Assembly (NCBI GenBank): GCA_963811165.1
Contig: CAWEQH010000008.1
Coordinates: 544,001 to 608,000, forward strand
Reading direction: 5' to 3'
Length of the DNA stretch: 64,000 nt
Source: an uncultured Nitrospiraceae bacterium
Lineage (GTDB): Bacteria > Nitrospirota > Thermodesulfovibrionia > Thermodesulfovibrionales > UBA6898
Under the pieces are notes generated by a model. The model worked only from the letters and a program-made list of their open reading frames with translations. It was not told where the DNA came from and made no database searches. The position numbers and the translations under genes were made by a program. Shown piece by piece: positions 9,317 to 20,516 of the stretch; position 1 is the stretch's first letter; each line of letters begins with the position of its first letter.

Positions 9317-11389
9317 ATGACCAGAAAAACTAATAAAAGATCTCTCTTTGAACCGGCAATCGTACGTCGGGCCTTATGGGATTCGGTCAGAAAAATGAAT
9401 CCGATACATCAGATAAAGAACCCGGTAATGTTCGTCGTAGAGGTCGGAAGCGTTATCACAACCCTCCTTTTCTTCCATGCCCTTTCAGGCAAAGGCGAGG
9501 CGTCACCGGGTTTTATCCTTCAGATATCGATCTGGCTCTGGGTAACAGTGCTCTTTGCCAACTTTGCCGAGTCGATGGCTGAGGGGAGGGGAAAGGCCCA
9601 GGCGGAATCATTGCGCAAAACGCGAAGCGACGTAACAGCAAAACGCCTCGAAAAAAATGACCGGAAGTCCGAAGTCACCAAAGTGTCTTCTGCCCAGCTC
9701 AAGAAAGGCGATATCGTGCTTGTTGAGGCCGGCGATACGATTCCTATGGACGGCGAAGTTATCGATGGCGTTGCCTCGGTGAATGAAAGCGCCATTACCG
9801 GAGAGTCCGCTCCAGTGATCAGGGAAAGCGGCGGAGACTTCAGTTCCGTGACCGGAGGCACGAAGGTGCTGTCCGACTGGATTGTGGTGAGAATCACCGT
9901 AAATCCCGGTGAGACGTTCCTCGACAGGATGATCGCCATGGTCGAAGGCTCAAAGCGGCAGAAGACGCCGAATGAGATCGCCCTGGACATACTTCTTGCA
10001 GGCCTGACGATCATCTTTCTGCTGGTGACCGTGACATTGCTTCCATTTTCGATCTTCAGCGTTCAGGCGGCAGGCCAGGGAAGCCCTGTCACCATAACCG
10101 TGCTTGTCTCACTTCTGGTCTGTCTGATCCCGACCACAATCGGCGGGCTTCTTTCCGCTATAGGCATCGCAGGTATGGACCGGATGATCCAGGCCAATGT
10201 GATCGCCATGTCCGGCCGTGCGGTGGAAGCGGCAGGAGATGTGGACGTGCTGCTCCTCGACAAGACCGGGACGATCACACTCGGCGACCGGCAGGCCACC
10301 GCGTTTTTTCCCGTCGCGGGAGTAGACGCACGGACCCTCGCCGATGCTGCCCAGCTTGCATCTTTGGCAGACGAGACTCCTGAAGGGAGAAGCGTCGTTG
10401 TTCTGGCAAAAGAAAAATATGGGATCCGCGAAAGGGACATCCATTCCCTCGGCGCGGAATTCGTTCCTTTCACCGCGCAGACAAGGATGAGCGGCGTCAA
10501 TCTGGACGGACGTCAGATCCGCAAGGGCGCGGCGGACGCGGTCGAAAAATATGTCCAGTCACAGGGTGGAACGTTTCCGTCTGATATCCGCTCAATCGTC
10601 GATGATATCGCAAAACAAGGTTCAACACCGCTCGTCGTGGCCGAAGGACAGAAAGTGCTCGGCGTCATCCAATTGAAAGACATTGTCAAGGGCGGCATTA
10701 AAGAGCGATTCGCCGAGATGCGGAATATGGGGATCAAGACGATCATGATCACCGGAGACAACCCGCTCACCGCCTCTGCGATTGCTGCCGAAGCTGGGGT
10801 CGATGATTTTTTGGCGGAGGCAACGCCCGAGGCAAAGCTGAAGCTCATCCGTGAGCACCAGGCAGGCGGCAGGCTTGTGGCGATGACCGGCGACGGCACA
10901 AACGACGCCCCGGCCCTTGCCCAGGCCGATGTAGCTGTTGCGATGAATACAGGCACTCAGGCAGCGAAGGAGGCGGGCAATCTCGTGGACCTCGACTCCA
11001 ACCCCACGAAGCTGATCGAGATCGTCGAGATCGGCAAACAATTGTTAATGACCAGAGGCACGCTCACGACCTTCAGCATCGCAAACGATGTGGCGAAATA
11101 TTTCGCGATCCTGCCGGCGGCCTTTCTTTCGATCTATCCGGCGCTGGGCGCGCTCAACATTATGCACCTGGCCACGCCGCAGAGCGCAGTGCTTTCGGCC
11201 GTGATCTTTAACGCCCTGGTTATAATTTTTCTGATCCCGTTAGCGCTTCGCGGCGTGAAATACCGGCCGCTCGGCGCTGAGGTTGTTTTACGCAACAACG
11301 CTCTGATCTATGGGGTAGGCGGGCTGATCGTTCCGTTCATCGGCATCAAGCTGATCGACATGCTTATAACGGCGATGGGAATTGTGTGA
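9317..11389 (+). CDS. kdpB: K+-transporting ATPase subunit B (P-type)
   Basis: TGES, IPTTIG, DKTGT, TGDN, GDGTND. Confidence 0.98.
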   Translation: MTRKTNKRSLFEPAIVRRALWDSVRKMNPIHQIKNPVMFVVEVGSVITTLLFFHALSGKGEASPGFILQISIWLWVTVLFANFAESMAEGRGKAQAESLRKTRSDVTAKRLEKNDRKSEVTKVSSAQLKKGDIVLVEAGDTIPMDGEVIDGVASVNESAITGESAPVIRESGGDFSSVTGGTKVLSDWIVVRITVNPGETFLDRMIAMVEGSKRQKTPNEIALDILLAGLTIIFLLVTVTLLPFSIFSVQAAGQGSPVTITVLVSLLVCLIPTTIGGLLSAIGIAGMDRMIQANVIAMSGRAVEAAGDVDVLLLDKTGTITLGDRQATAFFPVAGVDARTLADAAQLASLADETPEGRSVVVLAKEKYGIRERDIHSLGAEFVPFTAQTRMSGVNLDGRQIRKGAADAVEKYVQSQGGTFPSDIRSIVDDIAKQGSTPLVVAEGQKVLGVIQLKDIVKGGIKERFAEMRNMGIKTIMITGDNPLTASAIAAEAGVDDFLAEATPEAKLKLIREHQAGGRLVAMTGDGTNDAPALAQADVAVAMNTGTQAAKEAGNLVDLDSNPTKLIEIVEIGKQLLMTRGTLTTFSIANDVAKYFAILPAAFLSIYPALGALNIMHLATPQSAVLSAVIFNALVIIFLIPLALRGVKYRPLGAEVVLRNNALIYGVGGLIVPFIGIKLIDMLITAMGIV

Positions 11390-11416
11390 TGAAAGATCGA
11401 ATGGTCGCAAGTTTCT

Positions 11417-11495
11417 GTCATTCCGGCAGTGTGTTGAGCCGGAATCCAGTTGTTGGCTCTAAAGTCGCTGGATGCCGGATCAGGTCCGGCATGAC
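11417..11495. repeat. GTCATTCC...GGAATCCAG / CTGGAT...ATGAC palindromic element (REP/RPE-like)
   Basis: Two internal hairpins with GTCAT/ATGAC ends between kdpB and kdpC; related ends at 27771-27923. Confidence 0.75.
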
Positions 11496-11524
11496 GGTCA
11501 AAAAGATAATTAGAAGAGGAGAAA

Positions 11525-12112
11525 ATGATGTCTAACTTAATTCGTAACGCTTTTATGTCTTTGATACTCTTTACGGCGCTGACGGGTCTCATCTACCCAC
11601 TGGCGGTAACCGGGCTCGCCCAGATAATTTTTCCGGGCAAGGCAAATGGGAGCATCATAACGAAGAACGGCAAGCCCGTGGGCTCCGAACTGCTCGGACA
11701 GCAGTTCGAAGACCCGAAATATTTCTGGGGAAGACTTTCGGCGACGACCCCCTATCCCTATAATGGAGGTTCGTCATCCGGCTCTAATCTCGGCCCGAAT
11801 AACCCTGATCTCATGAAGGCCGTGAAAGCAAGGATTCAGGCCCTTCACGAAGCCGATCCGGACAACACGGCAAAGATACCGGTGGACTTGGTCACTGCCT
11901 CAGGCAGCGGCCTCGATCCCCACATCAGCCCCGCTGCTGCGGCGTATCAGGTGCGAAGGGTCGCAAAGCTTCGCGGCATGGATGAGGCAAAAGTCAGCGC
12001 ATTAGTGGCTGCCAATACCGAAGGGCGGCAATTTGGGTTTCTGGGCGAGCCTGTGGTGAATGTGCTTAAACTGAATCTGGCGCTCGATGAACTCGGGCAG
12101 ACTGAGAGGTAA
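11525..12112 (+). CDS. kdpC: K+-transporting ATPase subunit C
   Basis: YP...[42 protein letters not shown]. Confidence 0.97.
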   Translation: MMSNLIRNAFMSLILFTALTGLIYPLAVTGLAQIIFPGKANGSIITKNGKPVGSELLGQQFEDPKYFWGRLSATTPYPYNGGSSSGSNLGPNNPDLMKAVKARIQALHEADPDNTAKIPVDLVTASGSGLDPHISPAAAAYQVRRVAKLRGMDEAKVSALVAANTEGRQFGFLGEPVVNVLKLNLALDELGQTER

Positions 12113-12116
12113 ACAG

Positions 12117-12527
12117 ATGAGAGAGATTGCCCTAAAGGGAGATAGGAGCAGGACAATAATTGCGATCCTACTGCTGTTGGCTATCACTGTCAGCGCCCCA
12201 TTGGCAGCATTCGGCGTGTCCTATCCGCCCTCGCTTTATCATAAGGCGGAAAGACACGACACGTTTGTAAAGGGGGACGTAGTGTACCTGTTCCATAGCG
12301 GCACCACCGACATAATGAAGACCATTCATGTCGGCGACACCCTGGCCGTTTACCGAACAACTCCGGAATGCGAAGTAGTGCCTATCGGAATAATCAAAGT
12401 GATCTCTTTCATAGGAGAAACGTACCTGAAGGGAGAGGTCTTCGCAGGCGAGATCAGGCCTGATGACATAGCAAAGAAGGAGAAGGTATCATGCCTCGTC
12501 ATCTCTGCGGGCATATGCGGGAAGTAA
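12117..12527 (+). CDS. Exported hypothetical protein between kdpC and kdpD
   Basis: SD GAGGT before ATG 12117; hydrophobic signal-like segment, then a small beta-rich domain with 3 Cys. Confidence 0.6.
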   Translation: MREIALKGDRSRTIIAILLLLAITVSAPLAAFGVSYPPSLYHKAERHDTFVKGDVVYLFHSGTTDIMKTIHVGDTLAVYRTTPECEVVPIGIIKVISFIGETYLKGEVFAGEIRPDDIAKKEKVSCLVISAGICGK

Positions 12528-12584
12528 TGCATTTGCCTGCCTGTCTCAGAAGTGCGAAAATACAGGTAACCATGGGGACTGAAA

Positions 12585-15275
12585 ATGGAAGAACGCAGGC
12601 CTGATCCTGATCTGATCCTGAATCGCTTACGCCAGGAGACCGAGCGGGGCCGCGAGGGGCAGCTCAAGATCTTTTTCGGGGCCGCCCCTGGTGTGGGAAA
12701 GACGTATGCGATGCTTGAGGCCGCTCAGCGGAAGCGTGCAGAGGAGATCGATGTGGTTGTGGGGCTTGTGGAGACCCATAAGCGGAAAGAAACCGAAGCC
12801 CTCCTTGCGGGACTTGAAGTGATGCCGCGTCATCCCATCGAGTATCGCGGCACGGTCCTGTCCGAATTCGACTTAGATGCTGCGCTTAAGCGAAGGCCCG
12901 CGATACTCCTTGTCGATGAACTTGCCCATACAAATGCCCCGGGCTCGCGCCATAAGAAGAGGTGGCAGGACGTATATGAATTGCTTGGCGCAGGCATCAA
13001 TGTATATACCACGATGAATGTGCAGCACCTCGAAAGCCTCAACGACGTCGTCACACAGATTACCGGCATTAGCGTACGCGAAACCGTTCCTGATTTTCTC
13101 CTCGACAGGGCAGACGAAATCGAGCTTGTCGATCTTCCTCCGGATGATCTGCTGCAGCGGCTTAGGGAGGGCAAGGTATATGTCCCCGAGCTCGCGGCCC
13201 AGGCAAGGCAAAACTTCTTCAGGAAGGGGAATCTCCTTGCTCTGAGGGAATTGGCGCTTCGCCGCACCGCCGAACGCGTGGACGATCAGATGCAGAGCTA
13301 CAGGGAGGTAAAAGGCGTCAAAGAGGTTTGGCCTGCGGCGGAGAGGATCCTGGTATGTGTGGGGCCGAATCCCCGCTCAATCCGCCTTATCCGCGCCGCA
13401 AAGCGAATGGCCGCCGGTCTTAGGGCGGAGTGGATCGCTGCATACGTCGAGGCCCCTCACAAGGTAAAGCCTTCCGAGAGCGACATGAGGCAGCTTTCCG
13501 AACATATGCGGCTCGCTGAGAGCCTGGGGGCCGAGACCGTAACACTCTCCGGCACGAAGGCGAGCGAAGAGATACTAAGTTACGCCCGCGACCGCAATGT
13601 CACAAAGATCATAGTGGGTAAGCCGACGCATCCCAGGTGGAAAGACAAGGTGTTCGGCTCAATGCTCGATGAGATGGTCCGGGGAAGCGGGGATATCGAA
13701 GTCTATGTAATAACCGGCGATACCGGAGAGCCGGTGACACCACTCGCTGCTAAACCGGCCCGCACCAGACCCAGGGCAAAGGAATGGATCTTCAGCCTTG
13801 CCGTTATCGCGGCTTGCACAGTCCTTGCCTTCCTTATGGCCCCCTATTTCGAAGTCGTTGACCTTGCCATGATTTATCTCCTTGGAGTAGTCATTGCCGC
13901 AGGGAAAACAGACCGGGGTCCTTCCCTGTTCGCCGCCTTTCTCAGCGTGGCTTCATTCGATTTCTTTTTCATTCCGCCCTACTACACCTTTGCGGTAAGC
14001 GACGTCCGTTATTTTATTACGTTTATTATGATGTTTCTGGTCGCATTTGTCATAAGCCGGCTGACGCATAGGGTACGGGACCAGGCGCAGGCAGCCAGGC
14101 AGCGGGAGAAAAGAACGGCCGCCATGTACAGTCTGAGCCGGAAGTTTGTACATGAACGCGGAATCGATAGACTAAGCGCAATTGCCGAAAAACACGTAAG
14201 CGAGGTCCTCTCGAGCCACGTTGTGGTACTTGTGCCTGATGACAGAGGAAGCCTTATCGTGCCGGCGACCGGACAGGGTACGTTTGCCCTCGACCAGAAA
14301 GAATTGAGCGTTGCGCAATGGGTCTTTGACCATCGGCAGAGGGCCGGGCTCGGGTCGGATACGCTTTCGGGCGCGAAGGCGCTCTATCAGCCACTTGTGG
14401 CGGCGACAAAGACCGTGGGAGTCATAGGTGTTATGCCGGTCCATTCGGGAAGCTTCTTCGACCAGGAGCAGATCCATGTTTTGGAGAGTTTTACAAACCA
14501 GATCGCCATGGCGATCGACCGCGCCATGCTCTCCCGGGAGGCCCAGGAGGCCCTTCTTAAGGCCGAGACCGAGACATTACGGAACACACTCCTAAGCTCG
14601 GTTTCTCACGACCTGCGCACTCCACTGGCTGCCATCACAGGGGCCGCTTCGACTCTCTTACAGAAAGACGTGGCGTTTGAGACCTCAGAGAGGCATGAGT
14701 TGTTGATGACCATTTATGAGGAGGCGGAGCATCTGAACCATATCATCCGGAACGTTTTGGATATGACGCGTCTGGAGGCCGGGGCGATAAAGGTGAAAAA
14801 GGAATGGCAGCCGGTCGAAGAGATTGTGGGTGCGGTGCTGAACCGTCTCTCCGAAAGACTCAAAGACAGGCCTGTAAAAACCGCATTGCCCGAGGACTTG
14901 CCGATGGTCTCTTTCGATCCCCTTCTCATAGAGCAGGTCTTAATGAACCTCCTCGATAATGCCATAAAATATACACCGCCGGAGACGCCGATAGAACTCT
15001 CCGCATCGGTGCAAGAGGGAGAGATCATATTTGAGATTGCAGACAGAGGACCGGGGGTCCCCCCCGGGGAGGAGGAAAGGATCTTCGACAAGTTCGTGCG
15101 CAGCTCTGCAACCGGCGCCGGGATCGGGCTCGGCCTTACGATCTGCCGGGCGATTATCACCGCGCACGGGGGACGCATTTGGGCCGAAAACAGGCAGGAC
15201 GGCGGTGCGGTATTCCGATTCTCTCTTCCGCTGGGTGAGCAGCCGCCCATGCCGGAACTGCCGCCTGGGGAATGA
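12585..15275 (+). CDS. kdpD: Sensor histidine kinase KdpD
   Basis: GAAPGVGKTYAML, DELAHTN, Usp domain, 4 TM, GAF, SHDLRTPL, HATPase. Confidence 0.97.
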   Translation: MEERRPDPDLILNRLRQETERGREGQLKIFFGAAPGVGKTYAMLEAAQRKRAEEIDVVVGLVETHKRKETEALLAGLEVMPRHPIEYRGTVLSEFDLDAALKRRPAILLVDELAHTNAPGSRHKKRWQDVYELLGAGINVYTTMNVQHLESLNDVVTQITGISVRETVPDFLLDRADEIELVDLPPDDLLQRLREGKVYVPELAAQARQNFFRKGNLLALRELALRRTAERVDDQMQSYREVKGVKEVWPAAERILVCVGPNPRSIRLIRAAKRMAAGLRAEWIAAYVEAPHKVKPSESDMRQLSEHMRLAESLGAETVTLSGTKASEEILSYARDRNVTKIIVGKPTHPRWKDKVFGSMLDEMVRGSGDIEVYVITGDTGEPVTPLAAKPARTRPRAKEWIFSLAVIAACTVLAFLMAPYFEVVDLAMIYLLGVVIAAGKTDRGPSLFAAFLSVASFDFFFIPPYYTFAVSDVRYFITFIMMFLVAFVISRLTHRVRDQAQAARQREKRTAAMYSLSRKFVHERGIDRLSAIAEKHVSEVLSSHVVVLVPDDRGSLIVPATGQGTFALDQKELSVAQWVFDHRQRAGLGSDTLSGAKALYQPLVAATKTVGVIGVMPVHSGSFFDQEQIHVLESFTNQIAMAIDRAMLSREAQEALLKAETETLRNTLLSSVSHDLRTPLAAITGAASTLLQKDVAFETSERHELLMTIYEEAEHLNHIIRNVLDMTRLEAGAIKVKKEWQPVEEIVGAVLNRLSERLKDRPVKTALPEDLPMVSFDPLLIEQVLMNLLDNAIKYTPPETPIELSASVQEGEIIFEIADRGPGVPPGEEERIFDKFVRSSATGAGIGLGLTICRAIITAHGGRIWAENRQDGGAVFRFSLPLGEQPPMPELPPGE

Positions 15276-15282
15276 AAAAGGT

Positions 15283-15984
15283 ATGACACAGGATAAAGAA
15301 TTGATCCTGCTCATTGAAGATGAACCGCAGATGCGGCGTTTTCTCCGTGTCACGCTCCAAAGCCATGGATACCGGCTCGTTGAGGCCGCGTCAGGACAGG
15401 AGGGTCTTATGCAGGCCGCCACCAGGAACCCCGACGTATTGCTCCTGGACCTGGGGCTTCCCGATATGGACGGCATAGAGGTTACCAGAAAGATTCGTGA
15501 ATGGAGCGAAGTACCGATTATAGTCATTTCCGCAAGAGAGCAGGAAATGGATAAGGTGAAGGCATTGGACGCAGGGGCAGACGATTATTTGACCAAGCCC
15601 TTTGGCGCGGACGAACTCTTTGCCCGGATACGCGTTGCACTGCGTCACCTGGCATTGCGATTCGCGGGACAGAGAGAGCCGGTGTTTATCGTAGATGAGC
15701 TGAGGGTCGACCTTTCATCAAGGCAGGTCTTCCTGAAAGATAAGGAGATCCATCTTACCCCTATCGAATATCGTTTGCTTGCCGTCTTGATCAAGCATGC
15801 CGGAAAGGTTGTGACCCATACCCAACTCCTCAAGGAGGTCTGGGGGCCGGTGTATGCGGACCAGCAGCAATATCTGCACGTCTATATGTCGCAACTCAGG
15901 CGTAAGCTCGAATCAGAACCCGCCCGCCCCAGATTTTTGATAAACGAACCGGGAGTCGGTTACAGGCTCAAACTGGCCGTATAA
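15283..15984 (+). CDS. kdpE: Response regulator KdpE
   Basis: REC (IEDE, LDLGLPD, DDYLTKPF) plus winged helix (NEPGVGYRL); start moved to ATG 15283 after the kdpD stop. Confidence 0.95.
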   Translation: MTQDKELILLIEDEPQMRRFLRVTLQSHGYRLVEAASGQEGLMQAATRNPDVLLLDLGLPDMDGIEVTRKIREWSEVPIIVISAREQEMDKVKALDAGADDYLTKPFGADELFARIRVALRHLALRFAGQREPVFIVDELRVDLSSRQVFLKDKEIHLTPIEYRLLAVLIKHAGKVVTHTQLLKEVWGPVYADQQQYLHVYMSQLRRKLESEPARPRFLINEPGVGYRLKLAV

Positions 15985-16017
15985 TTGTTCTCCATCCATG
16001 AATAAAACAGGGGTAAC

Positions 16018-16395
16018 TCATTCGTATTTCCTCAGGTCTCTCTCTGAAAGGCCGAAATAATGGCCCACCTCATGGACAAGGGTCTTTTGGATCTCTTCCA
16101 CGAGCTCTTCCTCGGAAGAAGAGATCTTCTCGATATTCTTCTGAAAGAGGATTATCTTGTCGGGCATAGGATAGGGGACATCGAAGAAACCCCCCTTATG
16201 GGGATAAGGCACCCCGCTGAAGAGACCCAGCAATAGGCCCCCTCCCGGGTCCAGCCGTTTCGTATCCTCAGGTCCCGGATAATCTTCAACGATGATCGTA
16301 ATATTGCTGAAATATTTGATGTATTCTTCCGGAAGTGTCTCGACCGCTTTTTCTACGAGGTTTTCAAATTTTTCTCTGCTCGTCTTATATGCCAT
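16018..16395 (-). CDS. Zincin-like metallopeptidase (DUF1025-type)
   Basis: FENLVEKAVETLP, LLGLF.G, PDKIILF, HEVGHYFGLSE; start trimmed. Confidence 0.85.
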   Translation of the reverse strand: MAYKTSREKFENLVEKAVETLPEEYIKYFSNITIIVEDYPGPEDTKRLDPGGGLLLGLFSGVPYPHKGGFFDVPYPMPDKIILFQKNIEKISSSEEELVEEIQKTLVHEVGHYFGLSERDLRKYE

Positions 16396-16399
16396 AAGC

Positions 16400-17395
16400 T
16401 TATGCAGATCGCCGGGTCCGTGAAGCGGACCCATACAGCAGCAGACAGAGCAAGGCAAAAAAAATAGTATCCAGAAAATGCTCGAAATAATGAGAGGCCA
16501 GCAGATAGGGAATCCCCAGTTTGCCTCCTTTGGCGAAAGCAGGTTTTTGCGCGAGGCTGCCGATTCCCTTTGAAAGAGGGATGAGCGCCTCATAGAAAAG
16601 TCCAGCCGTGAATATAATAAGCAGACATATGATGCCGGCTGCGAGTTTCCTGTCGGTTGCGCTTCCTGAGGCGGGGCCTCTTTCTTTTTCTCCCCTCAGA
16701 AAAAAATACAGCGGAATAGGGAAGTAGGTCAAGGGGAAGGTCAGCAATTCCCTCACGCCGTGTGCGAGGTATCTGGGATCGGTCAATATAAAACAAAGCG
16801 TTTCCGTGATATTGTGTCTGTTGCTGAGCAAAGTGAAAGAGATGAATAAAACACAACTGACTGTAAGGTAGCGCAGTCCGGCCGTCCCCGGCAGGACATT
16901 CCTCCCGCAGATTCTCCTTACCACGTATATATAAACGGGCATGAACGCAAAAAGAAGCACTGTGCTTGGAAGATGCAGGTCCCAGGCGCCTCCGTCCCGG
17001 TAAATTCCTACTCCCTGTTTTTTCTGGGCGATGAATGAAAGAGTATCTTCGTATCCGAAAACAGTCACACTCAGGATTGCAGCCGCCATCAGGAAAATTA
17101 CGAGGACCCCTGAGAGCATTTGCATTTTCCTTTTCGGCCATCTCACAGGAAGATCGCCTGATAGGCACATATAGCACCCGGTAAAAAAGAAGGCAAGTAC
17201 GACGTGGACGGGGAGATGCCCGAGAAAATGTGAAGCGTAACACACGGTTTGGAGCAGCGTATATGTCCCCCCCTCATGAACGACCGTATTGAAAAGGAAG
17301 GCCCTGCCATGGTACAGGGCAAGATACATATATGATGCAGCATACGTCAGGAAAGGGAGTGCAATGAGAAATGCGGTATACTGGGCAGGCATCAT
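16400..17395 (-). CDS. Polytopic membrane protein, unknown function
   Basis: About 8 hydrophobic segments, several His residues (HFLGH, SHYFEH); overlaps the upstream gene. Confidence 0.7.
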   Translation of the reverse strand: MMPAQYTAFLIALPFLTYAASYMYLALYHGRAFLFNTVVHEGGTYTLLQTVCYASHFLGHLPVHVVLAFFFTGCYMCLSGDLPVRWPKRKMQMLSGVLVIFLMAAAILSVTVFGYEDTLSFIAQKKQGVGIYRDGGAWDLHLPSTVLLFAFMPVYIYVVRRICGRNVLPGTAGLRYLTVSCVLFISFTLLSNRHNITETLCFILTDPRYLAHGVRELLTFPLTYFPIPLYFFLRGEKERGPASGSATDRKLAAGIICLLIIFTAGLFYEALIPLSKGIGSLAQKPAFAKGGKLGIPYLLASHYFEHFLDTIFFALLCLLLYGSASRTRRSA

Positions 17396-19065
17396 CGGTT
17401 TGACCGCCCGGTACCCTGCCTGCCGTTTCTCACATAGAGCCCGTCGAACCTTGTTTTGGCATACACCTCATCCAGCCCGCACTTCTTCACATCAACTCTG
17501 TAATCGGAAATAAAAGCAGGTCTTTTTGATCTGATCAGGGTGCAGATATCGTAGTCGGCATACTTGCCATTGGTCAGCCTGTTATAGACAGGGAGCTTTT
17601 CAAAGTTGTACCAAAAATAATGGAGGTCATGCCTGTAGAGATTAAATTGATTGCTGCCGTCGTAAATGTAATCGTCTTTCCCTGAGTTTCGTATGACATA
17701 ATTTGCCTTATCCAGCTGCATATCGTTGGTATTATGCAGCCCCAGGTGCGACAACCACAATAGCGGTACGGCGATAACAACCAGTATTACGGTCAGGCTT
17801 TGCGCCTCATTCAGGGTATCTCTGCTACGGAGGGAACCGAACGAGCCGCCCACCAAAACGCAGAGTAACGGGATGGCCTGCATGAAATATTGCTCGTAGG
17901 GATGCTTGACGACAAATATGGAGAGCAGGAGGACTGATGCAATAAACGCCACGGTCTTTAGTTCTTCGCTCAGTCGGCTTGACAGCAATGTGTATGCCAG
18001 GGAAAGGAGGGCAAAAATCCAGAATACGCCGTTTAGAACCAACGCCGCCTTTACGTGCACAAAAGGCGAAAAAGAGGCCAGTGAAGGGTCCGTATTAAGT
18101 GCCATGTTTGTCACCAAGTAACTGCCCGATGAACCGGACATTAAGATAGCCGCAAAAAAGAGCGACACCGGCAAAGAAAAAAAGATGGCGAAATAAATAA
18201 TGGGCCTGAGGGACATCTTCCCCTTCAGGAATCTAAATGCGAATATCAGCGCGTATGCCGCAAGGAGAAAAACAGTCTTTTGCAGGAAGATAAACGAAAC
18301 GGAGGCGGCAAGTGCGGAAGTCACCAAATCTTTCAGTTTCCCGGACCGGAAGTGGCCTATCAGGGCATAGACCGAGACCATTCCGAAAAATACCTGGGGG
18401 ACATCCGGTCTGATTTCTATGCTCCTGCCCACAAACATCACCACCGACAACAGCAAAATCGCCGAAAGAAGTCCGACCTCCGCGGACGCCGATAATTTTT
18501 TTGAGAGCCGGTATGTCCAGTAGACTGTTCCGATAGTCAAGAGAAACATCAATATACGAAACATCAGCACCGACCGGACCGTGTATCCGAACACGCGCAA
18601 AAAAGGGGCCAAGACATACCACAGCAAAGGATTGTGGTGCTGAAAAAAATCCGTATACGGGCGATAACCCTCGGCGACGTACCAGGCGCTATGGACATGC
18701 TCAAATTCATCAGGACCGAACGCCCTGTTTAACGAAATTGCGAGCGCCAATAAAGATAAGACGCCACAGAGAAAAAGTAAGATACGGTTATAGTTCCTGC
18801 TTACCAGATGATCCATCTGCCGTTTTTTAAAGACATAAGCCAGATACAGGGAGGACAGTATGATCATCTCTACCCCAAAATAGCCAACGAGCGGGAGATA
18901 TGAACTGTCGAAATTATTGTCCGGCGCAAGGAAAGCGATCAGCGACGTAAGGGATTCGACCCGGAGAAGGTGCACACATACAGCCAGTATTCCCAATACC
19001 ATACCGCCTATACAAAAGCCTATTTCTGTCGTCTTGCCGGAAGGTCTTTTGGCCACGGCCGTCAC
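17392..19065 (-). CDS. GT-C fold membrane glycosyltransferase (ArnT/PMT, GT39/83-like)
   Basis: DEFEH..SAW....G..PY.DFFQHHNPL, EIRPD; many TMs. Confidence 0.8.
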   Translation of the reverse strand: MTAVAKRPSGKTTEIGFCIGGMVLGILAVCVHLLRVESLTSLIAFLAPDNNFDSSYLPLVGYFGVEMIILSSLYLAYVFKKRQMDHLVSRNYNRILLFLCGVLSLLALAISLNRAFGPDEFEHVHSAWYVAEGYRPYTDFFQHHNPLLWYVLAPFLRVFGYTVRSVLMFRILMFLLTIGTVYWTYRLSKKLSASAEVGLLSAILLLSVVMFVGRSIEIRPDVPQVFFGMVSVYALIGHFRSGKLKDLVTSALAASVSFIFLQKTVFLLAAYALIFAFRFLKGKMSLRPIIYFAIFFSLPVSLFFAAILMSGSSGSYLVTNMALNTDPSLASFSPFVHVKAALVLNGVFWIFALLSLAYTLLSSRLSEELKTVAFIASVLLLSIFVVKHPYEQYFMQAIPLLCVLVGGSFGSLRSRDTLNEAQSLTVILVVIAVPLLWLSHLGLHNTNDMQLDKANYVIRNSGKDDYIYDGSNQFNLYRHDLHYFWYNFEKLPVYNRLTNGKYADYDICTLIRSKRPAFISDYRVDVKKCGLDEVYAKTRFDGLYVRNGRQGTGRSNR

Positions 19066-20387
19066 AGATAATCTGAAATAATTTCTTTGCCGAAGCTCAT
19101 CATATTATGGATCCACGCGTAAACGAATTTCCCGTTTCTGCCGGAGACCTTCAGGTTGCTGAAGTTGTGCAGAAAGTCACTGATCCGCCGAACGGCCTCT
19201 CCTGTTCCCGTTTCAAGTATGGGGTAGGCATATCTCATCCTCTTCACTGCGGAACCCATGATCTCTTCTTCCTTTATCCATCCGATCCGCATGAGATGGG
19301 AACGAACAAGGCCGGCCAGCTCATTATCATCAGCGCCCCAGAGTTCATCCTGGGGCTGGCAAGGAATCTCGGCAACAAGCGAAGTCTTTCCAGGGGGAGA
19401 CATACACGCGCTTCTGTTCTTGGGCTCGTATATCCTTGTAAACGGGAACTCACCAGAGGGGAAGTAGACGGTGGCGGCAGAAGTAACCGACCCCCTGTTG
19501 AGGAAAAGTGCAACCAGTATTACATTCCGGAAACGGAGGCTTCTCGAACAGTCCATAATATCGCCCGGCGGCAAAGGGTCCATCAATTGAAGGAATGCGT
19601 TCATCGGTAACGTACTTACCACTTCCTTGGCGGGAATCAGTTCCTTCCCTTTGACTTCCAGCGCCACTATGCGCCGACGATCATGAATAATGCGGCTGAT
19701 TTGAGAGCTTGTCATGATATTGCCTTCCCCGCAAAACTCCGCCATCTTTTTTGCTATAATGCCGATCCCCCCGGCAGGGTAATAAAACGAACCTTCCACA
19801 TGCGCTGCCTCGGCGTTCTTTTGAAAGATTGCGCCGGTAAGAAACGCCCTGATGTCCAGCCCCTTGAGTCTCTTGCCCGATATCTGGACAGAAAGCTCGC
19901 TGCACGGTCTTCCCCACAATTTCTCCGAGTAGTTCAGCAAAAAAAGGGAAGCTATCGTTTTCCCATACGTGCGCGTTGCAAAGTCCCCAAAGCTCCTGAA
20001 ATCCGTTCTGTCTTTTATCTTCGAAGCTATGACCTCACCGGCCGCCCTGGCAAGAGTGGACAACCCCAGGTTTCTCATCAAGTTCAAAGGCGAAAGTGGA
20101 AAGTCTATGGATTTTCCATTGTGATAAATCAGGCTGGGGATATTGATCCTCTGTAAATCTTTCCCGATAAGACCCTTAACCTCCTCGGTAATTTCGTCAT
20201 CCTTATCGTGAAAGCGGTGGGCCCCGGAGTCAAAGAGGAAGTCTCCGTGCCTGAAGGTAACGGAATTCCCCCCCGTCCTGTCTTTTGCCTCATGGATCGT
20301 AAAAGGTATGCCGCTCTTCGTCGCATAGTATCCGACTGAAAGACCGGCCAGCCCCCCGCCTAAAATTGAGATATGTATATCTTTCAT
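19062..20387 (-). CDS. FAD-dependent oxidoreductase (protoporphyrinogen oxidase/UDP-galactopyranose mutase-like)
   Basis: GGGLAGL, GG...T...FDSGAHRF, FYYP.GG, RIYEPKN, YAYP, GRNG.F.Y. Confidence 0.85.
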   Translation of the reverse strand: MKDIHISILGGGLAGLSVGYYATKSGIPFTIHEAKDRTGGNSVTFRHGDFLFDSGAHRFHDKDDEITEEVKGLIGKDLQRINIPSLIYHNGKSIDFPLSPLNLMRNLGLSTLARAAGEVIASKIKDRTDFRSFGDFATRTYGKTIASLFLLNYSEKLWGRPCSELSVQISGKRLKGLDIRAFLTGAIFQKNAEAAHVEGSFYYPAGGIGIIAKKMAEFCGEGNIMTSSQISRIIHDRRRIVALEVKGKELIPAKEVVSTLPMNAFLQLMDPLPPGDIMDCSRSLRFRNVILVALFLNRGSVTSAATVYFPSGEFPFTRIYEPKNRSACMSPPGKTSLVAEIPCQPQDELWGADDNELAGLVRSHLMRIGWIKEEEIMGSAVKRMRYAYPILETGTGEAVRRISDFLHNFSNLKVSGRNGKFVYAWIHNMMSFGKEIISDYL

Positions 20388-20516
20388 ATGTGTGACCGAC
20401 TATATCAGACCCTTCGTAAAAGTGGACATCAAACAGTCTGCAAGGCGTTTAGTGTAACAAGATTTTATTTCGAAGTCTATCACTCCGGCGTAAGACGGAG
20501 TATTGAACCCGTTGTT

